Shown: positions 50,706 through 63,545 of the stretch, in pieces
Position numbering within the stretch: position 1 is the stretch's first letter
Layout: each line of letters begins with the position of its first letter
Assembly (NCBI GenBank): GCA_964036045.1
Contig: OZ038378.1
Location: 91,574,001 to 91,638,000, forward strand
From: Eutreptiella sp. 'Long Island Sound 2002'
Lineage: Eukaryota; Protista; Euglenida
Reading direction: 5' to 3'
DNA length: 64,000 nucleotides
Made by a program: the position numbers and the translations under genes
The notes under the pieces: generated by a model
Seen by the model: only the letters and a program-made list of their open reading frames with translations
Database searches by the model: none
What the model was told of the DNA's origin: nothing

Positions 50706-53700
50706 CCCCCCCACTGAGGGCTTGAAGGGAGGGCAGCCCCACAATGCCCGTGCCTGCGTCGAAGTGTGTTTGTGCATGTGTGTGCGTGCATGTGTGTGTG
50801 TGTGTGTGTGTGTGATAATTTGTTTTTTGTGTTCTACCCAGGCTATTACATCGTTCTAGTTTTGATAGAATCTAGGCTAGAAAGATCTAGCTAGAGTGTT
50901 CTAGGCTAGATCAAGAATGGGTATTCTAGCGTGTACCAAGGGAGACCCTGGTGTCAGGTCCAAATGGGACGCCACCCGGCCTCCCCGCGGACACGAGCTC
51001 ATGTTCTCTGTTTTGGAGATGGGCCACAACGTCTCGGTTGTGATCCAGTTGCGCTTTAGAGTAGCCTTTGGCTCTTCTGGCTGACGCGGTGTCCAAGCTT
51101 TACCCAGGTCTTCGTGCCAGCGAACTAGGAGTGGGGGCCCGGGCCCCAAACGGACGGGGCAATAGGCCGTGCCTTCCGCGTAAAAAGGGTCGCACCCCAG
51201 GGAGGGATGGTGGTGTTGGGATGTGCCGGGTCGTACACAGCCCCGTGCGCATGGTGCACAATTACATGCAGTTCATGAAGCACCGAGTGCACGATGTGCT
51301 ACGCTCTCACGCGGCGCGTAACTTGGCAGCACCCTTGCCATTCCCATTTATAGGCCAGCACATGGCTTGACAGCTCGGCGTGCCACGCAGCGCTTTGGGT
51401 GGGCTACACCAAGAGGTAGACCATGCTATTTCCGAGCGTGGTCAACGGGGATCTGTGGTGCTTAGCGCGGCCAAGCATGCGTTGGTTTCGGACGGATTCA
51501 ACTCGGCCGGTTTGTAGGGCGACCTACAAGTATGATGCCCTTTTTCTCTCACATGGCCTAGGTTGCCACGGGGTGCGGGATAGCCACCTCTTGTGGTTTT
51601 ATGGGGCTGTGTTTGGCGGCAACCGTACCCCAACTCTGACCGCCTGAACAATGGCGGGCGTGTCTCCATTGGCCAATACGTTGGGCGGTCGGCCTCTTGG
51701 ACGGCAGTTAACAAGGGCTTGGTGGATGTTCTCCTCTACATCCTAAATTGCATGTGCCTAGTGGTAATCGCAATGCGCATGGCAACCTTCTAGGGCAAGC
51801 ACTAGGGCTTGGGGTTCAGAACACGGGCATGTGGGCAGTTCCCGTGGAGTGACGTGTGCTTCCCCTTACTGTGTATGCTCCTCGCCCCCGGGCACCATAG
51901 GCTAGGCGGAGCGTAGCTCCCTCTTGGAGAGAGGATCTAGGGATTGTGTTGGGAGGTGCGGACAGCTGTCAGGCACCAAATTTTGATGGGGTCTCCTAGT
52001 GACTGGTGCCGCTCTCTCCTCTAATTGGGCTAGCACTAGCCTGATCTGCTCGCATGCCGGTTCAACCCTACTTGGCACCCTCAGATGACATGGTGTTGGA
52101 GCTGCCCCATGTTGGGGTGCATTGCCACGATACGTGGGTGAAGCAGTGCAAGGCCCGTTTTCTTCTCGGTGGGCGTCCCGGGTTGCTGCCAATATGGGAT
52201 GCACTTCCAGCAGCCAGTACAGCGGCAACACATGGTGGCACCGAGTCTGCTGCCTTGAGCATGGGTTCGAAGCATGCACCTCCTTTGTCTTGGGTTTTGT
52301 GTGCAAGCTCTACAGCACGTTAGCGGCTAACAATGCAAACACCACCTGCTCGATGTGTGCTACTTCACCCTAGCCAAATGAGGGCGGGCACTGCTCCGTG
52401 CGGCTCCGCGACGGTTTCTGTGTAGGGCATGGCCTGCCACCCGGTAGCTGCAACATGGCCTCGAGCGGGACCGGGGCACGGTGGGGTTCGGGTGGTCATT
52501 GGGTGAAAATACGGGCACTCTAGCATGAACACATCCCCATCTGTCGGCCAAGCCCATGTAGCCCGAATTTGAAAGTTCTGAAATCGAGATTCTCATTTAG
52601 TATCTGGTTGCCCGGTAGCGACTATTTTGCGTTGCATGGACCCCTTCACCAACGGTGTGGTTAGGGGGCGCCACCTCCAAGCTTCAAATATTGGCCCCCT
52701 ACGGGGCCCCACTGTTGTGAAGTTCTACATTTTAGGCCGCCATGGGTTTGCTGAAAAGTTGCGATGTTGGGGTGATATTGAACCGTCCCGGAAAATCCCT
52801 TGGCCCTTGTTTGATGCTTATTTGGTGACAATAGCAGTACATATAAATCAAAGGGGACCCGTGTACCAGCTAGGCCCTCCTAGTTGTGCTTTCGTGGCCT
52901 CAAAAGCACAATTTTTGGCCTTGTTGGCACTATGGTGGGGACAACTTAGTTGGCTCATAGCTGCTATTGTACGTCCATTTGGACCTAGGGCCCATGACTT
53001 TTGTTTCTATGCACACTCCCTATCTGATGACAGGGGCCTTGGGTGCTATTTTCAATTTTTTGAGACCTGCCTCCTGTATTGGGCCACCGCTGAGCACGCT
53101 GCCATGTTCAGGCTACATGGATTAGATCAAAGGTCGCGATTTGAGGGTGCTAAATTCGTGGCAATCCGTAACTAGATAAACAGATGTTGAACCGTGTAGA
53201 ACTAATTAGGTCGTGGCAATGGTGCGTATTGGCCACGGAAAGCAACGTTTTCGCCTGCCGGGGCAAAAATTGGTCGGCCTAAAGCCGACCTTGTGCCTCC
53301 TGTCCGGACCTGGAACACATCCTACTTTTTCCCTTTTGTGCGAACCCCCTAGCGGCACGTCCTTGGGGATGACGGCAGTGTAGCCCTCGGCCAGCGCTTG
53401 CAACATTGGCGCTCCACCTTTACCTCCTTTGCGAGCCACTGCAAGAGAACGTTAAACAAGGCCCTCAACTCTGCCAAGCTCCATGCCCCCCCCCCCCACC
53501 CATAGGGCGAGGTGAGCAGCCGCCCACACCAGCAAAGGAACTGTATTGTGTCCGGCTCTGGAGCATCCTCATTATTGCGGTTTATGGGGCCCGAAGCGCC
53601 TTATATGATGTTGTGCATATCTTGTAGGTTGTCCGAGACGCTGCTGTCCGGGAGCGTGAGGAGGCTGACTGGCCAAGGTTTCATCCTTCACCAAGCGGTG

Positions 53701-54406
53701 TACTACCCCTAATTCGAAAGACGTTGCTATGACTGTCACTTGTGCCATGCCTACAAGCGCGCCCCACCTTTCCGGAATGCACCATGCGGAGCTCGCCCTT
53801 GAATACCCCTTGTAGGTGGTGAAGCTCCTCCTCCAGTGCCATAGAGTCCTTTGTGCCTTCTAGGTACCATTGGATGTACTCCGGGCCAATAAGCGGAGGT
53901 TCTTCGAGTGCCTAAAAAGTGGGACTCAGGCTTCGTGGATCTTGTGCCGTGCCGCGCGCGGCTTAACGTCAGACCGCACCAGCCAACGGAACACAACCCC
54001 GAAAGGGCCCCGAAGAGCCTCTAGGGAAAGGAGAAGACGCAAAGCCCCGTTTGTGGGACGTGCGGAGGTTAATCCAACTATGCAAGGCACCACAATTGCT
54101 ACCCCCGACTAGAGGGCCAAATGTTGAGCCCCTTTTCATGGCGGGCCGATCTTAGATAGTTCTCGATCCGTCTATCTCCTATGTGGTTGACTATGAAACG
54201 TTGTAACAAAGATCAGCTACGTCAAGAGTGGTGAGGCACACAGACTTCGACACGACAAAGCCAAGGCCAATAGTGGATGAGAGAGATTTCAAAGGCGGGT
54301 AGCGGTTGGATAGGGACAACACTAGCGACACCATGACTAGTGGAGGCGAGGAGTGTGCAACTCATGGAGGGCATGGGAGGGACGGGGACGGAAGAGAGAT
54401 GGTTGC

Positions 54407-54439
<33 letters not shown>
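54407..54439. repeat. (TA)n microsatellite
   Basis: Direct reading. Confidence 0.95.
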
Positions 54440-55970
54440 TCATAGTCATAGTCATAACCACTTATCATGCCGTCTACTGGAGTTACTGGTGGTTCCTGCC
54501 CTACTCAATCCCGTGGGTCCTAGGGCTGCCTGGGGTGGCCTACAACATGACGGAGGACCCAGATGACCGGGGACACCGGCCAGCCACGCTTTGCGGGAAG
54601 TGGCAACTGCAAAGCTTTCGCATAAGCAACGGCGACGGGCGTTAGCCCGTTGGACCGCCGGGGGTAAAGGGGCAAGGCAGGGCAATGCAGCGGCACAGCA
54701 ACAAGCATAAGGCAAGGGTGCCTCCTATGGGTGCAACACAGCAACCAAGTAACAAAGCAGCACGCATGCGGCGAAGCAAGAGCTAGCCCCGTCTCGGTGT
54801 CCATTCTTGTCACCCGTTGGCTACCCATCTCCTCAAACCATGTGCATCTTGCAACCGGCAGCGCACACGCACAAGTCCAACGTCGCACAGCCAGGGTTTC
54901 TGGGGGGCTCCAGCCTAGCCTGGCCCTGAGCCTTCATTGCCCCCTTGCCCTCATTGTTTACGACGCATGTGCTCCAACCCAACCTCAGGCTCACCCCAGT
55001 CGGAGCTACAGTACTGTACATAATCATACAATAATACTCCTTGGCCATCAGTAGCTATGAGCCGCGGCCGCAGAAAATCCCCCTCATACCCCAAATACTT
55101 TCACGACCGCTACCCTTCCTCCAGGACCGTAACCTGAGCGGACCCATGGTATTTGTACATGTCCACTGACAATATACCACGAGGGTCCAAGGGGGGGATG
55201 CCGGCCGCCCCGCGGCATGAAAGGCACAACCCATGAAGATCGCTGGTTGGGATTCGGGCTGGTGGGTGCCGTAGCTCGATTATCGACGCCCTGTAGGGGT
55301 GCCCACCAGAGGTTCGGCCCGGGCCGTGGTTACGAGGTGCACCTCATTTGGCGTGCATACATTGCCTTGACGTCTACCCTTGACCCTTACCTTCACTGTT
55401 TGGCAAGCTCCCGTAGTTGTGCCATCTCTGCCACAGCAGTGACGAGGCCGCAAGTTCGGCATCCACTGACAACGTGGCACGCTTGCTTATAGCATAGGCC
55501 TGTGCTTCACCCCCTGGACCTCTCATACAGTTTCTGTGAAGTACCATACTTGACGAGCCGCTCGGGTACGTGCCCCCCATAAAGTCCCGTGTGTCTGCTG
55601 CGACCAGGTAGGCGGCATATATATAGATTGTTGCCGCTTGCGCGGCGTCACTCCGCCTAGTTTCACCGCCGTTGGGCCGCACCGCCACACCACCGCGACG
55701 GCCTACTACTGTAGGACCTGCCCCCATGTGCAGGACTGTCACCGCACGTGTCGCCGTCACACCAGTATCGTGTGCTGAGGTCAGATGGTTAGGCTATGTA
55801 CACGCCCGCAGGCACTGTCCCTCTAGTTTGTTGGAGGGGCCAGGGGAGGCCCCGTTACCCCCTCTAAGTTGTTGGAGGGTCCGAGGGACACCCCAGTACC
55901 GCCACGCGTCCCCTTGTACTCCCACCATACCACCCCCCTGTGCTGCCACGCGTCCCCCAGTACTGCCACC

Positions 55971-58900
55971 ATATTCTTAGGCGTCACAAGTTGCCCGCCC
56001 TCTAGGACCCCATATACGCACGATGTGAGAATATTCTACATTTCTAGTTTGAGTATGCTATTTGACATATGTGAGCAATGTTGGTACCAGCGTTGTGTGA
56101 CATCCATTGAAATGGGTGGTGATGTGTTAGCCTTAGGTATCCGCTTCATCTAGTGTATCATGTTTGAGGTTTTTTGCAAGCTGGCCGAAATTGAGGCCAG
56201 CTTTTGGGCTCCATTGGAAACATCCATGTGTATATACACCTTTTAAGGCTTCTGGCCGAAATTTCGGCCAGCTTTTTGGTTTAATGTTGAATGACTATAC
56301 TCATTTTCATTTTTTTAAGGGCTGGCCGAAATTTCTCCAAGCTCTCTGCTCTAATCACCATTCATACACTTATACTGGGCTTTTTTGTTGGTGTGGCCGA
56401 AATTTCGGCCAGCATTTCCTCTTTCTGCGCATGTCAGCAATTGTTTTCCCATCCAACACATTCTTCTTGGTTCCAGGGGTTCCACAAAACCGACCTGTAC
56501 ACCACAAGTGAAAGAACAGCAAAGATACGGTTCATTGAACAGCAAACAAAACTACCCCCAAAGGATATACGTGTATTTCCTATTTTTATTAACCTGGCCG
56601 AAATTTCGGCCAGCTTTTGCAAGAACATCAAAACACATGGTCTTATTCACCGGACAGGCCCAAGCTGGTCGAAATTTCGGCCAGGTCCTTCAAAACTTGA
56701 AATAACGCCACAGAAATGGATACCTTTGAGGTTTTTTGGAAGTTGGCCGAAATTGAGGCCAGCTTTTCCATTGGTTCCATTGGAAACATGCATGTGTATA
56801 TCCACTTTTTAACGCTTCTGGCCGAAATTTCGGCCAGCTTTTTGGTTCAACGTTGAATGACTATACTCATTTTCATTGTTTTAAGGGCTGGCCGAAATTT
56901 CTCCCAGCTCTCTGGTCTAATCACCTTTCATACGCTCATATTCGGCTTTTTTGCCAGTGTGTGCCAAAAAAATCAAAACACATGGTAGTATTCACCAGAC
57001 AGGCCCAAGCTGGCCGAAAATTCGGCCAGGTCCTTCAAAACTTGAAATAACGTCACGGAAATGGATACCTGTGAGCTTTTTTGGAAGTTGGCCGAAATTG
57101 AGGCCAGCTTTTCCATTGGTTCCATTGGAAACATGCATGTGTATATACACCTTTTAACGCTTCTGGCCGAAATTTCGGCCAGCTTTTTGGTTTAGTGTTG
57201 AATGACTATACTCATTTTCATTTTTTTAAGGGCTGGCCAAAATTTCTCCCAGCTCTCTGGTCTAATCACCTTTCATACACTCGTATCCCGCTTTTTTGCC
57301 GGTGTGGCCGATATTTCGGCCAGTGTGTCCCATTTCTGCGCATATTAGCAATTGTTTTCCCATCCAAAACATCTGGCCGAAATTTCTGCCAACTTGCAAT
57401 TCTTCCTGTGCATAAATACTACACCGTACACTCCTATAAAGCTGCTTTCTTCTCACAGCGTTAATGTCTTCTGGTATTACTATAACTGTCATGCTCGTAT
57501 GGGGTGTGTGCCACGCATTGCCACCGTTTTGTGTGTACATTCTCTGTTTTGCATTTTGCTGGCCGAAATTTCGGCCAAAGTTGCCTTATGTGGACCCCTG
57601 ATTCCAAATGACACACATTTCTGGCCGAAATTTCGGCTAGCTTCTCGGCAACCCAATTTTGAACAGTGCTTTCACATCCAGTGCATGGCTGGCCGAAATT
57701 GCGGCTATGGTATTCCATCATTCGTGTCAAGACGTCGATTTTGGGCCATTTTGTGTTGAATTGCGCTTGTTATTGCCACTTTTGTTATTTCTCCTTCCAT
57801 GAAATCCCCTGCTGTAGCATCCTTTTTTATGACCGAGCCTGCACTGGATTCACAGGAGGTGCTTATTTCCCCTCCAGCTGAAACTGCGTCCGAAAATGGG
57901 CAATCCCAACCTGCCCATCAACAGGACGGGGATAAGGCAAGCACAGAGGGACTTCAAGAGAAGCCTAAGGCACCACCAATGAAAACTTCATCAACCACCA
58001 TCACGTTATCCGACTGGGTCACGTCAACAACCAAAATAAAAGTTTTCTTTGACCAAATTGTAATAGACCACGACCGAAGCATTGGCCACGTCCATAAATT
58101 ATCCGAGGATCGTGTGCAGCGGCGCTATGACGATCTCAAGGCCGCACCGCCTGTGGATTCCATCCAAGATCTTCTTTTTTATAAAGTCATTCGTATGTCT
58201 CTTGTTGCCTACTGCCATTCCCAACGGGTTATATTGTTTGCCGGTACGAAGGTTGGCCGAAATTTCGGCCAGCATCTGCGTCCCTAAGTGTTTTTGGTGT
58301 ACTGCTATTGTTTTTTCCCATAGCCTGTGTGGATTTGTCAGTTGGCAAGTATTTGCTTGTCATTGAGTGTGGTACATTGTACACCATCTTCAAATGTCAG
58401 TGCACCTGTGTTCTTTGCGCACGTCTACCGTCATAGGTATCCATTTCGGTGACGTTACTTCGACTTTTGAAGGACCTGGCCGAAATTTCGGCCAGCTTGG
58501 GCCTGTCCGGTGAATAAGACCATGTGTTTTGATGTTCTTGGAAAAGCTGGCCGCAATTTCGGCCAGGTTAATAAAAATAGGAAATACACGTATATCCTTT
58601 GGGGGTAGTTTTGTTTGCTGTTCAATGAACCGTATCTTTGCTGCTCTTTTACTTGTGGTGCATAGGTGGCTTTTGTGGAAACCCTGGAACCAAGAAGAAT
58701 GTGTTGGATGGGAAAACAATTGCTGATATGCGCAGAAAGAGGAAATGCTGGCCGAAATTTCGGCCAAACCAACAAAAAAAGCCCAGTATAAGTGTATGAA
58801 TGGTGATTAGAGCAGAGAGCTGGGAGAAATTTCGGCCAGCCCTTAAAAAAATGAAAATGAGTATAGTCATTCAACACTAAACCAAAAAGCTGGCCGATAT

Positions 58901-59908
58901 TTCCGCCAGAAGCGTTAAAAGGTGTATATACACATGCATGTTTCCAATGGAACCAATGGAAAAGCTGGCGTCAATTTCGGCCAGCTTGCAAAAAACCTCA
59001 AAGGTATCCATTCCTGTGACGTTATTTCAAGTTTTGAAGGACCTGGCGGAAGTTTCGGCGAGCTTGGGCCTGTCTGGTGAATAACACCATGTGTTTTGAT
59101 GTTTTTGGACCCGACTGGCAAAAAAGCCGAATATGAACGTATGAAAGGTGATTAGACCAGAGAGCTGGGAGAAATTTCGGCCAGCCCTTAAAAAAATGAA
59201 AATGAGTATAGTCATTCAACGTTAAACCAAAAAGCTGGCCGAAATTTCGGCCAGAAGCGTTAAAAGGTGTATATACACATGCATGTTTCCAATGGAACCA
59301 ATGGAAAAGCTGGCCTCAATTTCGGCCAACTTCCAAAAAAGCTCAAAGGTATCCATTTCTGTGGCGTTATTTCAAGTTTTGAAGGACCTGGCCGAAATTT
59401 CGGCCAGCTTGGGCCTGTCTGGTGAATAACACCATGTGTTTTGATGTTCTTGGAAAAGCTGGCCGAAATTTCGGCCAGGATAATAAAAATAGGAAATACA
59501 CGTATATCCTTTGGGGGTAGTTTTATTTGTTTTTCAATGACCCATATTTTTGCTGTTCTTTTACTTGTGCTGTATACGTGGGTTTTGTGGTAACCCTGGA
59601 ACCAAGGGGTAAAAGTAATAATAGATAGACCCCCCCCCCGTACTAAAGGAATGCAATGGTCTAAATATAAAATACCACCATATTTTTGTGATTTGGTATC
59701 TTTATTTCGAAAATTTGTGTGTAGCTAGAAATAGAAATAAAGGCATATATTTCACATACATACCTTCATTTTGCCTATTGCCACCGGGGGGGGATAGATA
59801 CCCCCAAAATAACACCCCTTTTCACATACTTTTCTCCTCACTACAACATGAACTTCCGTGGGCCATAGCGCCAGGTGGGGGGCGGGCAACTTGTGACGCC
59901 TAAAATAT
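55971..59908. mobile_element. 3.9-kb TIR element with mirror-symmetric arms rich in palindrome TGGCCGAAATTTCGGCCA
   Basis: Terminal IR (atatt)yttaggcgtcacaagttgcccgcc at 55971-55999 and 59881-59908. Arms 56160-57330 and 58440-59560 are inverted. At least 12 perfect 18-bp palindromes plus variants. It sits inside a ccagtac minisatellite (55885-55970, 59910-60115). Confidence 0.85.
57799..58436 (+). CDS. Central ORF of the palindrome element; possible ParB-like N-terminal domain, putative intron 58193-58323
   Basis: IKVFFDQIVIDHDRSIGHVHKLSEDRVQRRYDDLKAAPPVDSIQDLLFYKVI. A GTATGT...ttttcccaTAG intron keeps phase and gives PCVDLSVGKYLLVIECG. The domain identity is inference. Confidence 0.35.
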
Positions 59909-60129
59909 TGTCTCCAGTACTGCCATGCGTCTCCCAGTACTCCCCGTATATTGTCCCAAGTACCGCCATGCATCTCCCAGTACTCCCACCATAATTTCCA
60001 TAGTACCGCCATATGTCCCCCGGTGCACGCACTACATAGTCCTCAGTACCGCCATGCTTCCCCTAGTACTCCCACCACACTTTAACCAGTACCGCCATGC
60101 GTCCCCCAGTATCCCCACCTGACCGTTGC

Positions 60130-63100
60130 CGGGGCCCTCGAGCGGCCCCTATACCCCCGGGTGTCGGTCCCGGGGCCAGGGGACGCCCCCACGCCTCGGT
60201 GATTTCCTTCTGGGGCCCATGGGCAGTCTCAACGCCCCCTCGGCGGCACTAGTCGTCGTTTGCCGGCAGTTCCTCACCCAATCCACTTCGACGCAGATGC
60301 TGCCGCAGCCCCACGCGCCGTCCGCCTTGCCGAGCCACCTCCCAGCCGACCCTCACGCCGTGGGCTCAGCACAACCAACATAATCCCCCAACCCCCAGAG
60401 TAACCCGAGGTAAAACATCTGTGACAGCTCTAACCGGGCCGCCAGTAGAGACCCCGGTGCCATGGGAATACCCTACAGGGGTTTGGACCTTATTACCCCG
60501 GGCGGAACGACCCATGACACCTCACTTTAGCACGCGGCGACCCATGGCGGGCGGGCGAAGCTTCATATCTCCAATGGAACCTCATGTGCGGAGGCAGTAC
60601 GGCTCACTATCAGGCCGGCACGACTTGCCACATCGCGTTGGGCGTCACACACCGTCTGCCGTTGCCGCACACACAGGCCGGTAGGAGATCACTTCTCAAA
60701 AGCCACCACCGTCGTTGCGCCTACCAGATGGATAACACCCGGTTCGTCCACCACCCTCACATCCGGTTACACCGCATCACCCCCAACGCCCGTAGCCTCC
60801 CCACCTGGTCCCCGGTGATGCCACAACCGAAGAACCCGCGAGTCACCGTCCACAGCCGCCCACTACAACAGCAGGGGCATGGCCGCCGTCGGTCCACTCA
60901 GGCACCGCACCCCATCCACCCGGACGCCCCGCAAGTCGTCCTGAATCCCCTTCCGGGCACTCAACCACAGTTGCCGAGAGTGGTGTAGTGCCGACCTAGA
61001 ATTGGGCCACCCCCTACTAGCGCGTTCTCAGCACGGTCCACATAGCGGGGCAGAGGCACACTGATGCACCCAAACTGGCGCTGTCTGTCCGCACCCGCAG
61101 CAATTTAGCGGGAGCACCGACCGCTAAGGGACACAGCCGCCGCCACAGCACTGCGACCAGAGGTCCTACCACACCGCACTACATGCCTCCTGGTGGTGGC
61201 TTAGTGCACCTACCAGTGCACGTGCTGTGGCACTACAAAGCAAGCTTCGCCTCGCCTCGCGTCGTCCCACGTGAACACCGGGTCAAGAACTGGCCGTCCG
61301 TCCAACGTCCCCGAGAGGCACTCGAGTAGGCGGCGCCACCGCACTGCCCGGAGCCTTGGTTTGCCGCTCGCCAGGAGCTTCCACCCATAGTCCTGCACGA
61401 CCTCCTCGATGATATCCACCCCGGCCGGTCCAGGGCCCCGGGCAGACATGATCACCATGCGCTGCCCTCCTGACCGAGCCTCGACAAGTGCCTCCGGGCT
61501 TAAGGCATCCATCGTGTGACGGGCGTCTGCAGCCACGCTGTCGTCTCCGTCCGGCAGAGATAGCGGTAACTCCGTGATGCGTCCCGGCGCAACGTCCCCA
61601 TGGATCTGCGCAAGCTGCTTGGACCCCACCAGAACAGCCATGGACCTTCGCCCTTCCGCCACCGGGATAACCCTCCGTAGCTGCCGATCGTACAGCCACA
61701 GCGCCCCCACGTCAAGCATGGTGGCCACCGCCAAAATTGGGAGGGAGCACAACGGTTGTTGGAGGACCGGCAACACTTCACGGGGCCAGCCCGTGATGTT
61801 CCCGACAGCCGGATGGTTTGCAAACACCTGAAGCCAGGGTTCGCCTCAACCTTCCGAGTCGCGTACCATGGTACCACGCAGTGCGGCCCAGGACTGTGCA
61901 GACACCGTACGACCGCTCCCAGAATGAGGGATAATCCTGGGCCAACCAGGACTCGATCCATTGGCTAAAGGCCTGTGCCGCCCCCGCCATCCACTGGGGA
62001 AACGTGGACATGGCCTCATCGTACGTGATGTACGACCTGGACACCACCAACGCATGTAACGGTGCCCTTTGAAAGGTCGCTTGCACGTTGCCGGGGAGGC
62101 CATCGTAGGCGCTCCACGGCGGCATCTGCCTAACGCTCCCTGCCGGCGGACAGAAGGGGGTATCACCCCGTAGGAATGCATACACGGCTATCCTCCGATC
62201 TTGCATCGGTAGTTGCATGATCTGAGTGAGCCGATGGTTCCTCTTGGCGTACACATCTTCCCCGAAATCTGGATCATGTCCTCCAAGAACAGCTTGGCCT
62301 TCGCCAGGCCCCGGGACGACGCAACCTGCACAGCCGCGAAGAGCCGGTTAAGGGCTCCGGGGACGACCCCCGTCATCAGAGACTCCGTCGACCTGCAGCC
62401 GTGTTCTTTTCACGCCAAGAACTCCATCGCTCTTTCCGCCAAAGGGAAGCTCCGCTGTGAACTCCGTCACGCTCTCACACAGGGGTCGTGCCACCGCTTC
62501 GTCACTTGCACACAGCATGCGCATGTGGCCCGTGTCCTCTTCGGGCACCCCACAGAAGATACACGGATGCTCCGGGATCACTATGCGGGTGATTTTCTTG
62601 CCGCCACCGCCGCATGACTTGCATGGTGGACGGGCGGCCATCCCCCGCCCGCAGCAGGTTCCTGTGTGTAGGGCCATGGTGCACCGCCCCCATAGGTACC
62701 GCCTCACAAGCCCCAGCCAACGGCGTGTGGGCCCTGGTGCGCACTGCCATTGGGCAGCAAGCCCACTTCCCGGACTTGCTGGAGGGCCTGCATGGAGGGC
62801 ACATGCGGTTCGAGCTCCCCATCGTCCCTAGGCACCAATAGGGTGGCATGCTCCTTGGGGCGGGGCCTTCGCGCCGGCCGCAGCGAAGTCGGGCTCCTCC
62901 AGCGGGACTGCCGCCAAACGCGAGCTCTACCGCACTACACAGTGGTGGCGCCCCCCGATTCTGCGCGGTAGCCGCCACAGCCCCTCCACGATCCAATTCA
63001 ACGCATGGTGGTTGACCACATGGGAGGTCGGCCCTTTGATGCCGTGGTATGGGGCCTCCTGTGCCATGCGCAGGTGCGCCCCAATGATGGAAGCATCCAC

Positions 63101-63545
63101 AATGTGTACTGTGTGGCCGGGCGGAGGGGTGTGGAGCAGGTACGCTGCCGCTCCGATTATCTCCGCCTCGGGGACCGTGCCGCAGATGGTACCCGTCCAC
63201 GTGGGCCTGCCATGACTCGCCACCGCCACGTTGGTGGCTTCGTCCTCCTTGGGGGAAGCATCGGACGGCGTGAATTTGCCGCCGCTGGTACCCAACATTA
63301 CCGGCGGGGCTTCAGCCACGCCACGTCAGAATGGGGGCTCTGCACCATTCTGCCCGGGAACTCCGCATTGGAGTCCATCGGCTCCGGGGAAAGGGCAGCC
63401 TTCGGCCGATACATAGCATGCGGCCGCCAGTGCACATCGCACCCGCAAATGGACTTCATTGCGTCAAGGGCCGCGGTATACTCTGCCCCCCACACGGCCG
63501 TGGAGCGGGCCGGCCGGTACAACACCACATGTCGCTCAAACCCAG
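60130..63545 (-). pseudogene. Non-LTR retrotransposon ORF2 3' part: RNase H, CCHC Zn knuckle, long C-terminal extension; 5'-truncated and decayed
   Basis: RNase H-like SDAS...TVPEAEIIG...HIVDAS...VVR*SSRLAAVPLEEPDFAA (63270-62880). CIFCGVPEEDTGHMRMLC (62563-62510). WMASLMTG...VYAKRNHRL follows, and protein-like frames continue to ~60130. Confidence 0.7.

Larger units (their letters stand above)
45937..50942. mobile_element. Long-TIR/foldback element with GCTAGAAC subterminal motifs and internal mirrored GT/CA-rich modules
   Basis: ggtacacgctagaataccca at 45942 and its reverse complement ending at 50937. 46370-46460 mirrors 50706-50815. Modules at 46445-47130 and 47560-47935 are inverted relative to 47230-47545 and 48060-48843. 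(GC)TAGAAC clusters at ~45990, 46190, 47130, 47945. Confidence 0.8.

Noticed and set aside
50945-55790. Identifiable gene or retroelement (including a continuation of the 60-63 kb LINE at 55.4-55.8 kb)
   Set aside because: Scattered protein-like fragments occur, but there is no diagnostic motif and continuity across the insertion could not be shown.
56160-59560. CRISPR-like palindromic repeats with spacers
   Set aside because: The sequences between palindromes are themselves repeated and irregular in length; this is a composite inverted repeat.
59621-59800. Mini-element bounded by C-run/G-run with atagata flanks
   Set aside because: The flanking 7-mers are not in register with symmetric termini; too weak.
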